Assembly (NCBI RefSeq): GCF_016432865.1
Contig: NC_067400.1
Coordinates: 79,422,001 to 79,486,000 of the forward strand
DNA length: 64,000 bases
Source: Antechinus flavipes
Lineage: Eukaryota
Reading direction: 5' to 3'
Each line of letters starts with the position of its first letter. The stretch's first letter is position 1. Positions 40,381-54,063 of the stretch are shown here, in pieces. The notes beneath the pieces were generated by a model. The model worked only from the letters and a program-made list of their open reading frames with translations. It ran no database searches and was not told the origin of the DNA. The translations under genes and the position numbers were made by a program.

Positions 40381-42459
40381 GCAAGGGCTACTTTTTGGCA
40401 CCCAATCTAAATTAGCATATAGCCTAATATACTTGTTTATTTTGGTGAACAAACAATAAAGAGGAAGGGAAATGGCTGAATCATAATAACTTGTCAGATT
40501 TGTTTAATTTTTATGGCTTACTAAATTAAATTTAAAATCTAGGAGAATTCAACTATTTAAACATCAGGTTCATAAAACAAAAATTGTAGGGCTACCCCTC
40601 CCCCAATTCTGACCTTGCCATCAGACAATGACTAACCACAATAACAAAAAAAAATATTTAAAAGTTAGTGATTCCTCTTAAAAAAAAAACATAGGGAGCA
40701 TTTCATTTAGCTATGTGATCTATTACTTCTCCCCAACTCCTAAAAGATATTCCTATTATTTAAAAATTAACTAGGAAAAGAAGTTGGGAAAGAATCTTTC
40801 CAATCATTGTTAAATTGTTTTTTTCTTTTCTTATTTTCTTACTGAACTACCATTACTAGATTTTTTCCATAAAGAAAATTAAATTACTTTATGATGATTT
40901 AAAAGATCAGTTAGAGGCTTTTGCCTTATCCTTTTATTCAGTAGCTTGTATGACAAACAGAAACTGATTTTTAAAAACAGTTACAACAGTTGGAATTTTG
41001 ATGGGAAAGAACATTACTTTCCACCCACAAATATGGAAAAAATAAGAATTTTAATGTAATTTTCAAATATCTATAGCAAAATAGGTTTATTTTCTATTAT
41101 TATTAATACTGTCATTAACAGTTGGAGATTCCCAAATGAATAAAGCTGGGTCCAGGATAGATATTTTCAATAGGGAATTAACTCTTTTAGGTCATAAGGG
41201 CTCCATTTAGTGAACTGGCCTAGTAATTTAATCAATGATACCCTCATGGCCTGAAATAATTTATCTCAGACCCAAAGTACTTAAATTAGCTAAGCATTTC
41301 CATTTTTGTATGTTCTATCACTGGCAAATATTTCAGTTAGGAAAAAGGCTAATTCACATATAATTATTTAGGGAGGAAGGGAATATGCTTTCCAAACAGA
41401 AAAACAAAAACAACTTGTCACTAGACATCACTCACTGTGTGCAAAGCTAGAAAATGATAATGAGTTTCATACAGTAACAGAATTAAGGTGGAAAAAATTA
41501 AAGGTGAAAGTTGGAACAATTTTTTTCCATGAGGAGCACTTGATGAAATAATTTTTTTTTCTATTCACTTTGTGCAATTTATATTTCACTAAGCACTGCT
41601 AATCCTGCTTCTTTTAAAAAAAAGTTATGGCAGGCATTAGAATAATCTGCTTTCTTGATTTAATTGCCTAGTTTAACCTCTAACATAACCTTTTAATTCA
41701 CACCATGACAGCCAGCTCAAGTGAAAGTTTTTCTAGGAATCTGAGTAACTTCCCTAAGGTAACTACTGTTTCTTTATTTCTTTCTCAGTTTAGTTGCAGA
41801 ACATTCCATTCAAAATTATCACCCACCCTGCACCTCGGGATTTAGACATTAAGACTCCAGGGAAGAAACAACATTTGCTGGAAGAGCCTATTGATATTTG
41901 GCTATTGTGCAGGGAGAAGAACTGGAATGTTTTTCTATTAATTAACAGTTGGGATTTGGTGACAGCTGAAGTTTTGTGGATTGGTCACAAATCTTGCCAA
42001 TAATATTTCACACAAGAATATGGGGGAAAAACAAACCATCCACTGAAAATGGTTAGTGTCCTGCTTTGACTTCAGAGTCAACAAAATTTTAAGTTTGGGC
42101 TTTATTTGAAGAATAAAAATAGACATGGATCAATTTGGGGATGTGAGTTAAAGCTAACTCCCAATTCCCAAGTAAGTTTGGTTATTTTCCAAGGTCAAAA
42201 GTGTGGGGGTGGGTAGGGTTATTGCATGTGGGGAATTCTAGTGCCCTTTGATCCTAGTCTATCTGTCTTCTTGAAATGACAGAACTACTTTCCTGTTTGG
42301 AACAAACAGAACAAGAAATATGAAATTCAGCGAGCAGGGCACCTTGACCTTGACAAGGGCCACTAGTGGTATATTTCAAAGAGCAGTCAAGTAGTGTCCT
42401 CATTTTAATTAATTAAGAATACCTGGACGTCTGAATTGGAAATATCTTATACTGGATGA

Positions 42460-42594
42460 NNNNNNNNNNNNNNNNNNNNNNNNNNNNNNNNNNNNNNNNN
42501 NNNNNNNNNNNNNNNNNNNNNNNNNNNNNNNNNNNNNNNNNNNNNNNNNNNNNNNNNNNNNNNNNNNNNNNNNNNNNNNNNNNNNNNNNNNNNN
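42460..42594. other. Assembly gap (135 N)
   Basis: Run of n in the sequence. Confidence 1.
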
Positions 42595-43495
42595 AGAAAT
42601 TTATCAAAGTTGAGATTTATGTCATGTTGAAGTGATCTCTCTTAATCAAAACTAATTTAATTCAATTCAATTTACAAGCAATTAAGCATCTACTCTTTGT
42701 CAAATACAGGTAATGGGATTAGGGAGAAAGAAAGGAAACAATCCTTGACCTCAATGAGCTTATGTTCTACTACAAAGAAAAACATAGATATATAGATAAG
42801 CAAATTGAAAATAAATGAAGGAGTTTCTTTTTGGGGAAGCAAGAGGGATCATAGGGTAAATATCTGAAGGAAGACACCAACAATTGAGTGAATTAGAAAA
42901 GAACTTTTAATGGGAGTAACTGAATAGAGGGTCAGGAGAGCTAGTGATTCCAAAAAGTGAATTTAAAATTCATCAGAAGATTTTTTTTTAATGTAAGTTT
43001 AGGGAACTGGGGCCCTTGGGATGAGTAAGGATCAGAAAACCTTTCAGATCCCATTGATGTCTAACATTCTATGATTTTGTGAAAGCCAAGATGTTCCTGA
43101 TTCCTGTGATTCATGAGGGGGAAAAAGAGAGGTTCCTATTTCATGTAACTGAAATGTTGATAAATTAATTTTGTGGTTTATTTTACTTGTGAAATTATAC
43201 TTTCAGCTTAATCATAAAAAATTAAAGCAAAGATAAGCATCAGAATTCTCTTTATTCCATTATTATACTTGCATTGTAGGCTTTTAAAAATTATTTCAAT
43301 ATGAGTTTTTCTTTTTTCATAACCCAGCTTTTTCTCCTATGGAGAAGTGATAATTCTTTGCTTATATAACCCCACTAATTCAGCATTACAGTTTCGCAGC
43401 ATGATCAAATAAGAGGGGTCTAGAGGTTGTAGAAGGAACATTTGTTTAAACAAACATCTTTAATAATTAGAAAAACTGACAGAAAATTTTCTGAA

Positions 43496-43930
43496 AAGCA
43501 AAAGACCAATGATCCTGAGATATAAAATGGAAAAATCAGTAAGACCACAGCCACCACAGTATAGTTTCTATAGTGTGTGTATGTCTACACACACATACAC
43601 ACACACACACAAAAGCTTAGCATTCAGGTGATACAGTGGGTAGAGTACTGAACTGAATTAAGGAACACTCATTTTCCTGAATTTAAATCTGCCTGCAAAC
43701 ACTTATAAGAGAAGCAAAAGACCAATGTTACTAAGATATAAAAGGGAAAAAAAAAACAGTGAAACCACAGCACCATAATACAGTTTCTATAGTGTGTGTG
43801 TGCACACATGTGTATTTATATAATCTACATACATATACACAAAACATCCAAGAGATGCAATGGACAGAGCACTGGACCTGAAGTAAGGAGCTCTCATTGC
43901 CCTGAGTTTAAATTTGACTTTGGACATTCA
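43496..43930. repeat. Diverged tandem duplication (period about 216-219 bp) containing a (TG/CA) tract and a SINE head
   Basis: aagcaaaagaccaatg at 43496 and 43712. agtttctatagtgtgtgt at 43563 and 43782. Confidence 0.9.
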
Positions 43931-46900
43931 CAGAGTATGCATAAATAGGAATAGTATGTATATGTACAGATATATATTACATATACTTATATATATTTTA
44001 TGAATGTGTGATACACACACACACATATATATATCATATATAGCCTTCTGAAGGATATGTGTACAAGCTGACTAAGGTCAATTACTAGCATCTTTAAAAG
44101 ATTACATCTGTGATTTGGTGGGAGATATGAAATGGTTCCTTTTTCTCATATGATAGCACTATTCACTCTACAAAATTAAAGAGGATCATGATCTAGAATT
44201 GTCTATTTCCTAATGTAGGACTTTTTTGAAAATGATTTAAAGTATGGATTTCTGCTCTTACAAGTAATGTTAAGTAACTGGATAGAGCGAGGTATATTTC
44301 GAATAGACAAGTGGTTCTAGAATAGCATGAGAGAGGAAGAAGTCATATATGTTAGTTTGGGCCTTATCTTCAGCTTTGATTCTTTTTTCTTCATCTCATT
44401 CTCTTCACATTTCTTTTCTCCTTTTCAAATATTTAAAAGAAAATAATGAAAGAAAGGAAAAATCACAATGAAAATAACATGGGGCAGAACTTCTAAACTC
44501 ATCATCTTTTTCTCTTTGGGAACAACTATAAGTTGAGGAAATGAATTACACCTTTCTGTATGTTTGATATTTCTATCCATTCCTGATAAATGTGAATAAA
44601 AAACTGATGAAAACTACATTCCATCTTGCAGTTAGATTTTTTTTTAACTCATAAATATAACTGACATGCTAGAACCAAGACTTGTTTCACATGGTTAATG
44701 AAGACCTTTTCTTTTCTTTTTTCCCCTTCCTTCCTTCCTACACCTGTCTACCCTCTCTGGTCATCAACTTCTGCTCCCTTGAAATGTTTATGAGTTCATT
44801 TTATAGCTGCCTCCATCCTCTCCCCAACAGTCCAACAGCCACTCTAATTTAAGAAGCCCTAAATATTGTTGCTGTGGGTGACACATGAACACAGAGCACG
44901 GTGAAGCTTGACTAATAAAAAGCCTTTCACAGCATTTCAGGCTTTGCTCATAAGTAAAGTTAAAATATATGGCTTTTAAAATACTGGATCTAGAAGAGGT
45001 CAGGTTAAACGGCTGCTAGTAATAAAAGGAATCAATATGCCACAGCATTTGAAAATGCTAGCAAACTAAATAAACACTTCATCCAAATCCACTTGGCCCT
45101 GAATTAAAAGTACATAAAATATTGTATTTATTTGGTTTGTTTGCCATCAGTCAATAACTTGCCTTTCTCAGTCTCTACAAATTCTGCATAGGACAAGTAT
45201 CAAATATCTGTTAGCCAAGTGGCAATTAGACTTCATGTCAAGGCTCTGGGTAATTAACTGAGAATTAACCTTATCGAAGAATTACTTGTAGATTAGCTGA
45301 CGACAAACATACAAACACCACAAAGAGATCTCAGCCTGAGTGGATGTCAGACTTTTGGACACTTATTTACAGAGTTGTCTTAGACATTTGATATCTTCTT
45401 GAACCTAATCCCTCCTGACTCCTCACTTTTTACAATAGCTTCTCTCTCTCAAGCAAAACTTTCTTTTTTAATCCTGGCCAGAGAGAACCATTTAGGTAAT
45501 AATCAACAAATCTACAAGTCTGGTGATCAAGGATAAAAACATTTTGAGTCATACAAAAGAAGAAAACTAGGGAATTTTGAAAGATGGACAATTTAAGACT
45601 ATATTTTCAGCAAAGATTACACAAATTTATTTATTATCACTTAAAAATGTCCAGGACAGGAAGGAAACATCTAATTTTCTTTGGGGTAAAGAGTTTGATG
45701 TCTTCCAAATGTAACAGTATTCCAACTAAAGGTGTTTTTTTGGAGCACTGTGGGAGCAGTTAGCTATTCAAGTCAATTTAAGTTACCAGTCATTCACTGC
45801 TTCTGGACAGAAGATATCTGTAAATTTTAATAAATATCCTGCCACAAAAGACATTGTTGAACTCTTTGTGATAACTTAAAATATTTAACATTTAAAAATG
45901 CACACTTTCATTGACTTTTTACCATTTTTTTTAACAAGTCAAAAGGATAATTGCAAAGGTTAAAATAAAGAGTGCAATTAATTTTATACCTAAGTTAGAT
46001 GAAACAGTTTTAAGGTGCTGGTAACAAGAGATCAACATTTATATCTGGCATAATGGGAATAATATTCTGACATATCAAAAATCTAACTTTATAGAAACAT
46101 ACATTTTCCAACTTGCCACTGAGAAGGGTTTGTTTTGACTTTCCCTGTTAGAAAATGGGGAACTCAGTTATTCCATGAATCAAGCCTCAGTATGTCTGTC
46201 ACTAATATGAGTATAAGATGAAGGGTAGTATAGCAATCTTTCTAAATTAGTAAGAATTCTATGTATGATAAAGAAATAGAATAGTAATAAAGCAGTATAG
46301 TGTGAAATTCTATAATTGGATTAAGGACCTTTCTATAGTCTCCAGTTCCTAAATAAATAAAATCTGAGATAGAGATATATGGGATGTCCCTCAAGTTTTC
46401 TCACAGTTTTAAGCTCTACTGAGACTTGTAGGACACCTCAAATTGTAGTTTTTCAGTAGTTCAACAGATAACATGAATTGAGCTCACCCTTTGGAAGAGC
46501 TGGGAATTCACAGATGCCATCTTATAATTATGGGAAGTAGGGCATAAGCCAGAAAGCAGAAAGTAAACTGCTTTTGAATATGAAACAAGAAATTAAGCTG
46601 TACTAGTAATTGATGAAATAAATGAAGAACAGTACAAATAGTGCAAGGAAGCCCATTAGTGTGGGAAGTAACATAATGGAAGCAGCAGTAATGAAAAATA
46701 ATGCCAGTGGAATACAATCATGACAAATAGAAGCTCCTAAAGTTACACTGCCTAGGGCTGTAGGGAAAGAGGGACTAACATTTCCAGGAGGAGACATTTC
46801 TGAGATATAATACATATCAGAAAAGAGAAAATTTGGTATGTTAGCATGAATAATCTCAACTTTGCTAGTGAAGCATAGCTCTGACGAAAGCATTATATTT

Positions 46901-47134
46901 TTGGGGGGGTAGAAGGCTGAATCAGTTTCATTCATGAACTCCATTTGGAGAGAATGTTGTTAATGAAATCAAAGAAAACAAAACAGAACATCTTCTGAAG
47001 TTTGAGGGTAAACTTTTTCATACTGCACAAAGTGAAAATTAGGTAATTATCAACTTTTTTATATGAACTAAAATCATTACTTCATAAAAAAGATAAAATT
47101 TTTAGTACCTTTGATTATTTCATGAAACCTACAG

Positions 47135-47300
47135 ATTTTGCTGTTGTTCAGTAGGATCTGACTCTTCATGACTCCATTTCAGGTTTTATTGGCAAAGATA
47201 CTGGAGTGGTTTGCCATTCCTTCTTTAGCTCATTTTACAGATGAGGAAACTGAGGTAAACAGGTATAGTGACTTGCCAGGGTCATGCAGCTAGTTAAGTG
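47135..47300 (-). mobile_element. MAR1-type SINE (3' part)
   Basis: ttggcaaagatactggagtggtttgccatt...ttttacagatgaggaaactgagg. Confidence 0.85.
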
Positions 47301-47680
47301 TTATCCACCTGAAACTTGCAGAAAAACCCACCTAATTAATATAGTCTACAAAGAGTTTCTCACTGTCTACCACCATCCTTATATAGGTGCCTCTAATACA
47401 ATGGATTGCAAGATGAGTAGCACTATAGCTTTATAATTTTATAACTGGAAGAGGTCTCACATCTCACCTATTTTAACCTCCTCATCTCAAAGTTAAGAAA
47501 ATTGAAGTCCAGAAACAGGTGAAGTGATTTTCATAAAGTCACAGAGGAAGTAAGAATTGAGGTCCTTTAACTTCTGAAACTCCAAATTCATTAATTCATT
47601 TTTTTGCTGGGCCATATTGAGATCTTTTGTCTCTTCTCAAGGGTTCAGTCTTTAGTCTTTCAATTCCTTTCTCTCTGTTT

Positions 47681-47785
47681 TATATATATATATATATACA
47701 CAAAAATACACATATACATATGTGTATATATATATGCATATATATACATACACACACACAAATACACATGTAAATACACAATATA
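47681..47785. repeat. (TA)n/(CA)n compound microsatellite
   Basis: Visible dinucleotide runs. Confidence 0.9.
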
Positions 47786-47859
47786 TCTCTATTCTTAATT
47801 ACTGCCTCTTTAAAAATGACTTAACAAATTTAAATCTTCAAACCTAATCTTTCCATCAA

Positions 47860-48400
47860 GCTTTAGTCTTGTATCTCCATTTCCAACTATTTCCTGGATC
47901 TTTTCATCTAGAGAATTCTCTTCCACTATTTAAACTCAACAAATTTTAAATCAAACTCATTTGCTTCTTCTAAAATCAGCTGTTCCTCTTGCTTTTTTAA
48001 TTTCTGTCAAAACACCTCAATATTTTCTATAATCTTAGCTTAACATTTCAGATTATGAACTTCTTTGTCTCCCACATGAAGACATGTTGACTTTTCTTTA
48101 TAATGTCCTTTACATCCATTTTCCTTTTCCGTCTCTACTGCCATCACCTTAGTCCTCTCCCTTATTCCTATGCACTTGAATAATTATAAATGATCGCCTA
48201 ACTACTCTTGTAGCCTCCCATATTTTCCCATTTCAACTCATCCTGCACATTGCCTTATTAATCTTAATTAAATCCTCATGTTATTATATATTATTGTCTT
48301 GGTTACAAACCATCGGTGGCTCCATACTACTTAGAGTGTACAATATAAATTATTTATTTTGTTGTCAAAGGTGCTCACAAACCTAATCTACCACCTCCCT
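47860..48400 (+). mobile_element. L2 fragment
   Basis: aaactcaacaaattttaaatcaaactcat...ctactgccatcaccttagt...ggtggctccatac. Confidence 0.7.
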
Positions 48401-48694
48401 TTTCAGCCATCTCTCCTATCACTACTCTACATGAAATGCTATTTTGGAAAATCTAGTCACATGTAGGTAGTTTTCCTGCAAGATTTTTGGAATGGCTAGA
48501 ATATCCCTTTCATTCATTCCTAACACCTCTAATGGTATCACTGACACTCTTCCTCAAATCTGGAAAACTGCCCACACCTCCTTCTATTTCACTCATCAAA
48601 ATTTGATCCACTCCTCAAAGCTCATCTATAAGACATTCTCTCACTTTTCAGTTCAAATGAGCATTCCTTCCCTACATCACAGATCTAGAGGAAC

Positions 48695-48860
48695 CAGTAT
48701 GGCTGAAGGAGAGTTCAATTTGGACTCAGAGGACCAGATTTTAAAACCTTATTTTCTAACTTACTACACTTGACTTTTGTGAAACTCAGATTCTTCAGTT
48801 GTAAAAAGAAGTAGTGGGTTAGATGATCTCCAAGGACCTGTCACACTCTTAAACAGTTCT
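48695..48860 (+). mobile_element. MIR SINE
   Basis: aactcagattcttcagttgtaaaa...gggttagatgatctccaagg. Confidence 0.6.
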
Positions 48861-49520
48861 ATATATTAATTGCTTATATTGCTCATTAAGCATCCATTAT
48901 TTCTAGGCACATTAATTAGCTTTTCATATGCTTGCATTTTATCTCACCAGCAAGAATATAAGCATATTGATGGTAAGGATCTCATTATATTTCTTTGTAT
49001 CTCATTCCATACTCAGGTCCTTAGTAATTTAATAAAAATAATAAATTAATAAAAGCCAAGTTCCAAGAGTGATTGTGAGGATGATATAAGATAATATATC
49101 TAAAGCACTTTCTCAGACTTGACACAAAGTAGGCACTATATAAATGTCAGCTATTATTATTATTGGTTGATTCTATATATTTAATAAAAAAGATGAAGGG
49201 TTTTGTGTAATGGATATAGAAAACATATCTATAAATTACATTTACATGTCCCAGGATTGACTCTGAAATTTACCAGTGCTATTCCTAGAATGTTTCTCTG
49301 TATCTTATACGATTACAAACTATCTCATGGGATGGGTTTCTCCAGGCTTCCTTGTTAGAGCTTGCCACTTTTCCATTCCTTTCAGCTGATGTACTCAATT
49401 TGTGTTACCATCTTTACTCTTATTTGCATATGACTCTGTAAAAGGTGACTTCTTATTTCATGTATGTGTATTCCTCCTCACCAATGGGATGTGGTCTTTG
49501 AGGAGAGACACTCTTTTGTC

Positions 49521-49524
49521 TTTT

Positions 49525-49559
<35 letters not shown>

Positions 49560-49564
49560 TGTGT
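49521..49564. repeat. T26 homopolymer fused to (GT)n
   Basis: Direct reading. Confidence 0.95.
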
Positions 49565-50553
49565 CCTCATGTAGTTCTTGGAGAGTAATCCATACCCAAC
49601 AAGTGTCATGATAGTTTACATTTATATTGTGATTTCATGTTGACAAAGTCTTGGTGTACTTTATTTTATTGATTGGAAAGAACTAGACTGGTAGTAAAGA
49701 ATATTAAGGTTTAAATGATTAGGTAATCCACTCTCATCTTTAAAATGAGGAGACTGAAATAGATGGCCTCTATGATCCTTTCCAAATCTATGATTGTGTT
49801 TTTATGTTTTCATCTGGCTCTCAAACTCACTCTGTGTATAGCCTCTTAGCATGATTCTTCCCATACTATAAGTGAGGAAATAGAGATTCTTAGTGACTTC
49901 TAGTATTGCAGGCAGAATTCCAATTCACATCACCTCTAACAAGTAGTTCAGAGCCTTATTTTCTTTACCATGATGCTCTTAATGACTATTAAAGCTTGTA
50001 GGGTAGTATTTTGGGGCATTTGGTCAAAAGTGCCTAACCTAAAAGGAAAATATCTTAGAGTAGGCAATCCTTGGACGAGAAATGCTTCTCTCCTCCCATA
50101 TTCCACCTACAATTTCAACACTCTAATGACTACTCTTGCTAATGACTCCAAAATCCTTTCATCTGCCTCTTCTTTTATTCCCATAATATTTTCTCTATTT
50201 TGTTGTCATGATCCTTTTTCTTCCTCAAAATCCCTAATAAAATCCCAAATCTGTCTTTATTCAGCTTTTCCTTTTAGCTATTTATCCTTCCTTTTGTCAA
50301 GAGTGAACGAAAGAAAGGGAAGGAAAATACCACAAATACTGTATAAATACCAAAGAAATGGAGGTTTTTGAGATTTAACTACCATCTCAAAAGGTGTATT
50401 TTATATCTAGGTTGTTTGCTGAAGATTACACAGCAGCTAAGCATGATGGGACATGCAAGGGAAAGAAACAAGAATGATGAGGAAAAAATGACAGTGATAG
50501 TGAAATTGATGATTATCCTTGTTTTAACTTCCATTTATATAGCTGGTTTCTTT

Positions 50554-51946
50554 TTTTTTTAGATTATTATTATTTTTAATTTAATTTAATTTAATAATAA
50601 CTTTATATTGACAGAATCCATGCCAGGGTAATTTTTTACAACATTATCCCTTGCACTTGCTTCTGTTTCGATTTTTCCCCTCCCTCCCTCCATCCCCTGC
50701 CCTAGATGGCAAGCAGTCCTATATATGTTAGATATGTTGCAGTATATCCTAGATACAATATATGTTTGCAGAACCGAACAGTTCCCTTGTTGTACAGGGA
50801 GAATTGGATTCAGAAGGTAAGAATAACCTGGGAAGAAAATAAAAAATGCAAATAGTTCATATTCGTTTCCCAATGTTTTTTCTTTGGGTGTAGCTGCTTC
50901 TGTCCATCATTTATCCATTGAAACTCAGGTCTCTTTGTCAAAGAAATCCACTTCCATCAGAATACATCCTCATGCAATATCATTGTCGAAGTGTATAATG
51001 ATCTCCTGGTTCTGCTCATTTCACTTAGCATCAGTTCATGTAAGTCTCCCCAAGCCTTTCTGTATTCATCCTGCTGGTCATTCCTTACAGAACAATAATA
51101 TTCCATAACATTCATATACGACAATTTACCCAGCCATTCTCCAATTGATGGGCATCCATTCATTTTCCAGTTTCTAGCCACTACAAACAGGGCTGCCACA
51201 AACATTTTGGCACATACAGGTCCCTTTCCCTTCTTTAGTATCTCTTTGGGATATAAGCCCAGTGGTAGCACTGCTGGATCAAAGGGTATGCACAGTTTGA
51301 TAACTTTTTGGGCATAATGCCAGATTGCTCCCCAGAATGGTTGGATTCGTTCACAATTCCACCAACAATGCATCAGTGTCCCAGTTTTCCCGCATCCCCT
51401 CCAACATTCATTATTTTTTCCTGTCATCTTAGCCAATCTGACAGGTGTGTAGTGGTATCTCAGAGTTCTCTTAATTTGCATTTCTCTGATCAATAGTGAT
51501 TTGGAACCCGCTTTCATATGAGTGGTAATAGTTTCAATTTCATCATCTGAAAATTGTCTGTTCATATCCTTTGACCATTTATCAATTGGAGAATGGCTTG
51601 ATTTCTTATAAATTAGGGTCAGTTCTCTATATATTTTGGAAATGAGGCCTTTATCAGAACCTTTAACTGTAAAGATGTTTTCCCAGTTTGTTGTTTCCCT
51701 TCTAATCTTGTTTGCATTAGTTCTGTTTGTACAAAGGCTTTTTAATTTGATATAATCAAAATTTTCTATTTTGTGATCAGTAATGGTCTCTAGTTCATCT
51801 TTGGTCACAAATTTCTTTCTCCTCCACAAGTCTGAGAGATAAACTATCCTATGTTCCTCTAATTTATTTAAAGTCTCATTCTTTATGCCTAGGTCATGGA
51901 CCCATTTTGATCTTATCTTGGTATATGATGTTAAGTGTGGGTCCAA
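50554..51946 (-). mobile_element. Young 5'-truncated L1 (about 1.4 kb) with perfect 13-bp TSD
   Basis: TSD agctggtttcttt at 50541-50553 and 51946-51958. A-rich patterned tail at 50554-50600. 3'UTR and ORF2 end present. Confidence 0.97.
50957..51945 (-). pseudogene. Uninterrupted C-terminal part (about 330 codons) of L1 ORF2p including the CCHC zinc knuckle; no EN/RT, non-autonomous
   Basis: LDPHLTSYTKIRSKWVHDL...CWRGCGKTGTLMHCWWNC...MSRTRRSLYTSTMILHEDVF with no stops. The first residues of the track ORF (MKETS) come from flank/TSD. Confidence 0.95.
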
Positions 51947-53921
51947 GCTGGTTTCTTTCAATTAATCTCATGTTCTATCATCAGTGAAGAGGTACTGTTG
52001 GAAGGGGTGGGGCACACCCTGACACTGCCTTTATCCTCAGGTATCTGTGGGGCTGACTCTAAATATGTTTTTTTTAGACTAATGAATGATGGAATAAGTA
52101 GCGTACCTGAGCTTTTGGCTTCAGCTCCCATTAATGGGAGTACTAGTTCCTCAACCATTGACAGCAATACATATCAGCATTGTGAACAACTGTAATGTTA
52201 TCAATGCTCTCTGCTAAAGATTTTTCCTCTAGACACAGGGGCCTTTCCTGGTGCCTTTTGTTTACAATTATACAGTTCCCTTGACCTAAGCCAGGAGCCA
52301 GAAAGCATTACTTCTTCCTGCCTTTGAGACAATGATCACATCTTTCTGATCATTTCAAAAGAAGGCCATTTCTGGTTTTTACAACCACATCTCTTCTATA
52401 AATATTCTAAGCTTGAATGCATGAGCTTGTATTTCATGACCTGGATAGAGTGTGCTTTTCAGGGACTTGTGTTTTCATTATCTTTCTTCTCCCCATACAC
52501 ACTATTAATTGTATTTTCAGTGCAAGGTAAATGAGAAGAAGTTTTTGCTAATCCATGACACTCAGGAGATTTCCCCTTTCTGATAGAGGGCTGGCTGCAG
52601 CTGACACCAGGCATCAGGATGGATTTATGATGAGCTGTGACCTCTTTATATTCACTTCCTCGTCAAACATTCAGCAATCACCCCAGTTAGCAAGCTTGCT
52701 CAAATATTCCTCCCCCCCAACTCTTCTCATGTTTAAACACAGATTCAAATGATACAGAAGTAGACAGGAAGCTAGAAAAGAGAGCCATCTAGAAAATTAA
52801 ATGGTCTTCTTAGCCTCTAATTACAAACATAAACCAGGTAAGGAAGAGCAATAAAATGAAAACAAGGAGCAATAATAGCAATGATATTATGCGGATGGAC
52901 AAAATTTGTTCAACTATTTAAAACAATTCCATTATGGCTGCTTTAAAATTGTGAAAGAAATTTTAATGAATTGAATAAGCAGTTTGTTAAATGCTTATTG
53001 CATGCCTGGTATTGTGTTAGGTTGTCAAGGAGCTTATATTTGGGGCATTGGGGATGACAGGGAATGTACATTGAAAGAACCATGTTATAGACATCTTGGG
53101 GTATGATCATCAACCCTGAATAGAATTATTTAAAAAAAAAACATAAATACTGAACATTGAGGCATTGAAATGGTATGTGAGGAAGATTTCAAAATTGGCT
53201 TAACATATACTCATTTGGTAGCCAAAGGACAACATCATAGTAAGAATAGAAAAATAATGAAAAGATCAAATAAATGTTAGCATATAGAAACATTTTTAAA
53301 AATATAATTTTTAAAAAACTGATGTTTTTCTGAATAATTATTCAAGGAAATACCTAAACGAAAAACCAAATATGGAAAGGAAAAAAAAATTCAGCCAAAG
53401 AAAAAGGATAAATCACACAGATCATATCCCTAAGAGGTATAATAAGAAGAGCAGGTGTTATTAAGGCCAGTCCTGTCACTGGGGAGGGAGGAAAAGATGG
53501 CCAGAGGTTTTCTGCCCTATTGGTGGGATCTCTGATTATAGGCTAAGCTCCTGAAGGGGCACAAACCAGGCCTTCCCTTCTCCTCACCTCCAGCACTCAA
53601 TAAAAATCAATCAACAGTTTCTGCAAAGTTAAAAGAGACCTGTACAGGAAATGCTGAAACTTTGTTGAATAATGGAAAACAAAGGGAAATGGAGAAGGAG
53701 GTGCTAACCTCGTTGGAGAGATAATAGTTACCATAACTCCAGGCCATAATAAGATAAGATTCAGATATTCTAGAGAAAATCAATCAACAAGTTTATTAAT
53801 TCTATCTTGCAAAGTCTAGATTGTTTGGGCTAATAATGTAAACCAGCAAATACTCCAAAAGTTTTTTATAGTAATACTAGTCAGAATAATAATATCACCT
53901 TTTGAATTTAAATCCTACTTG

Positions 53922-54063
53922 CTTTTTTTTTCTCTTGCTGAGGCAATTAGGGTTAAGTGACTTGCCCAGGATCATACAGCTAAGCAATAGTAAGTGTCTA
54001 ATCCAGATTTGAATTCAGGTCCTCCTGACTTCAGGTTCTCTATCCACTGTGCCTAGCTGCCAC
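53922..54063 (-). mobile_element. WSINE1-type CORE-SINE
   Basis: ctgaggcaattagggttaagtgacttgccc...ctctatccactgtgcctagctgcc. Degenerate TSD aatcctacttgcttttt / aatactatttacttttt. Confidence 0.88.

Noticed and set aside
42205-42233. Plus-strand G-run cluster (G5-T-G3-TA-G3-N11-G4)
   Set aside because: The last loop is long, it is a weak G4 candidate and there is no supporting context.
51958-52167. 69-aa minus ORF abutting the L1 ORF2 remnant (possible fusion; faint EELVLP likeness to hAT transposase)
   Set aside because: Different frame from ORF2, no convincing homology, and the juxtaposition is explained by the L1 insertion site.
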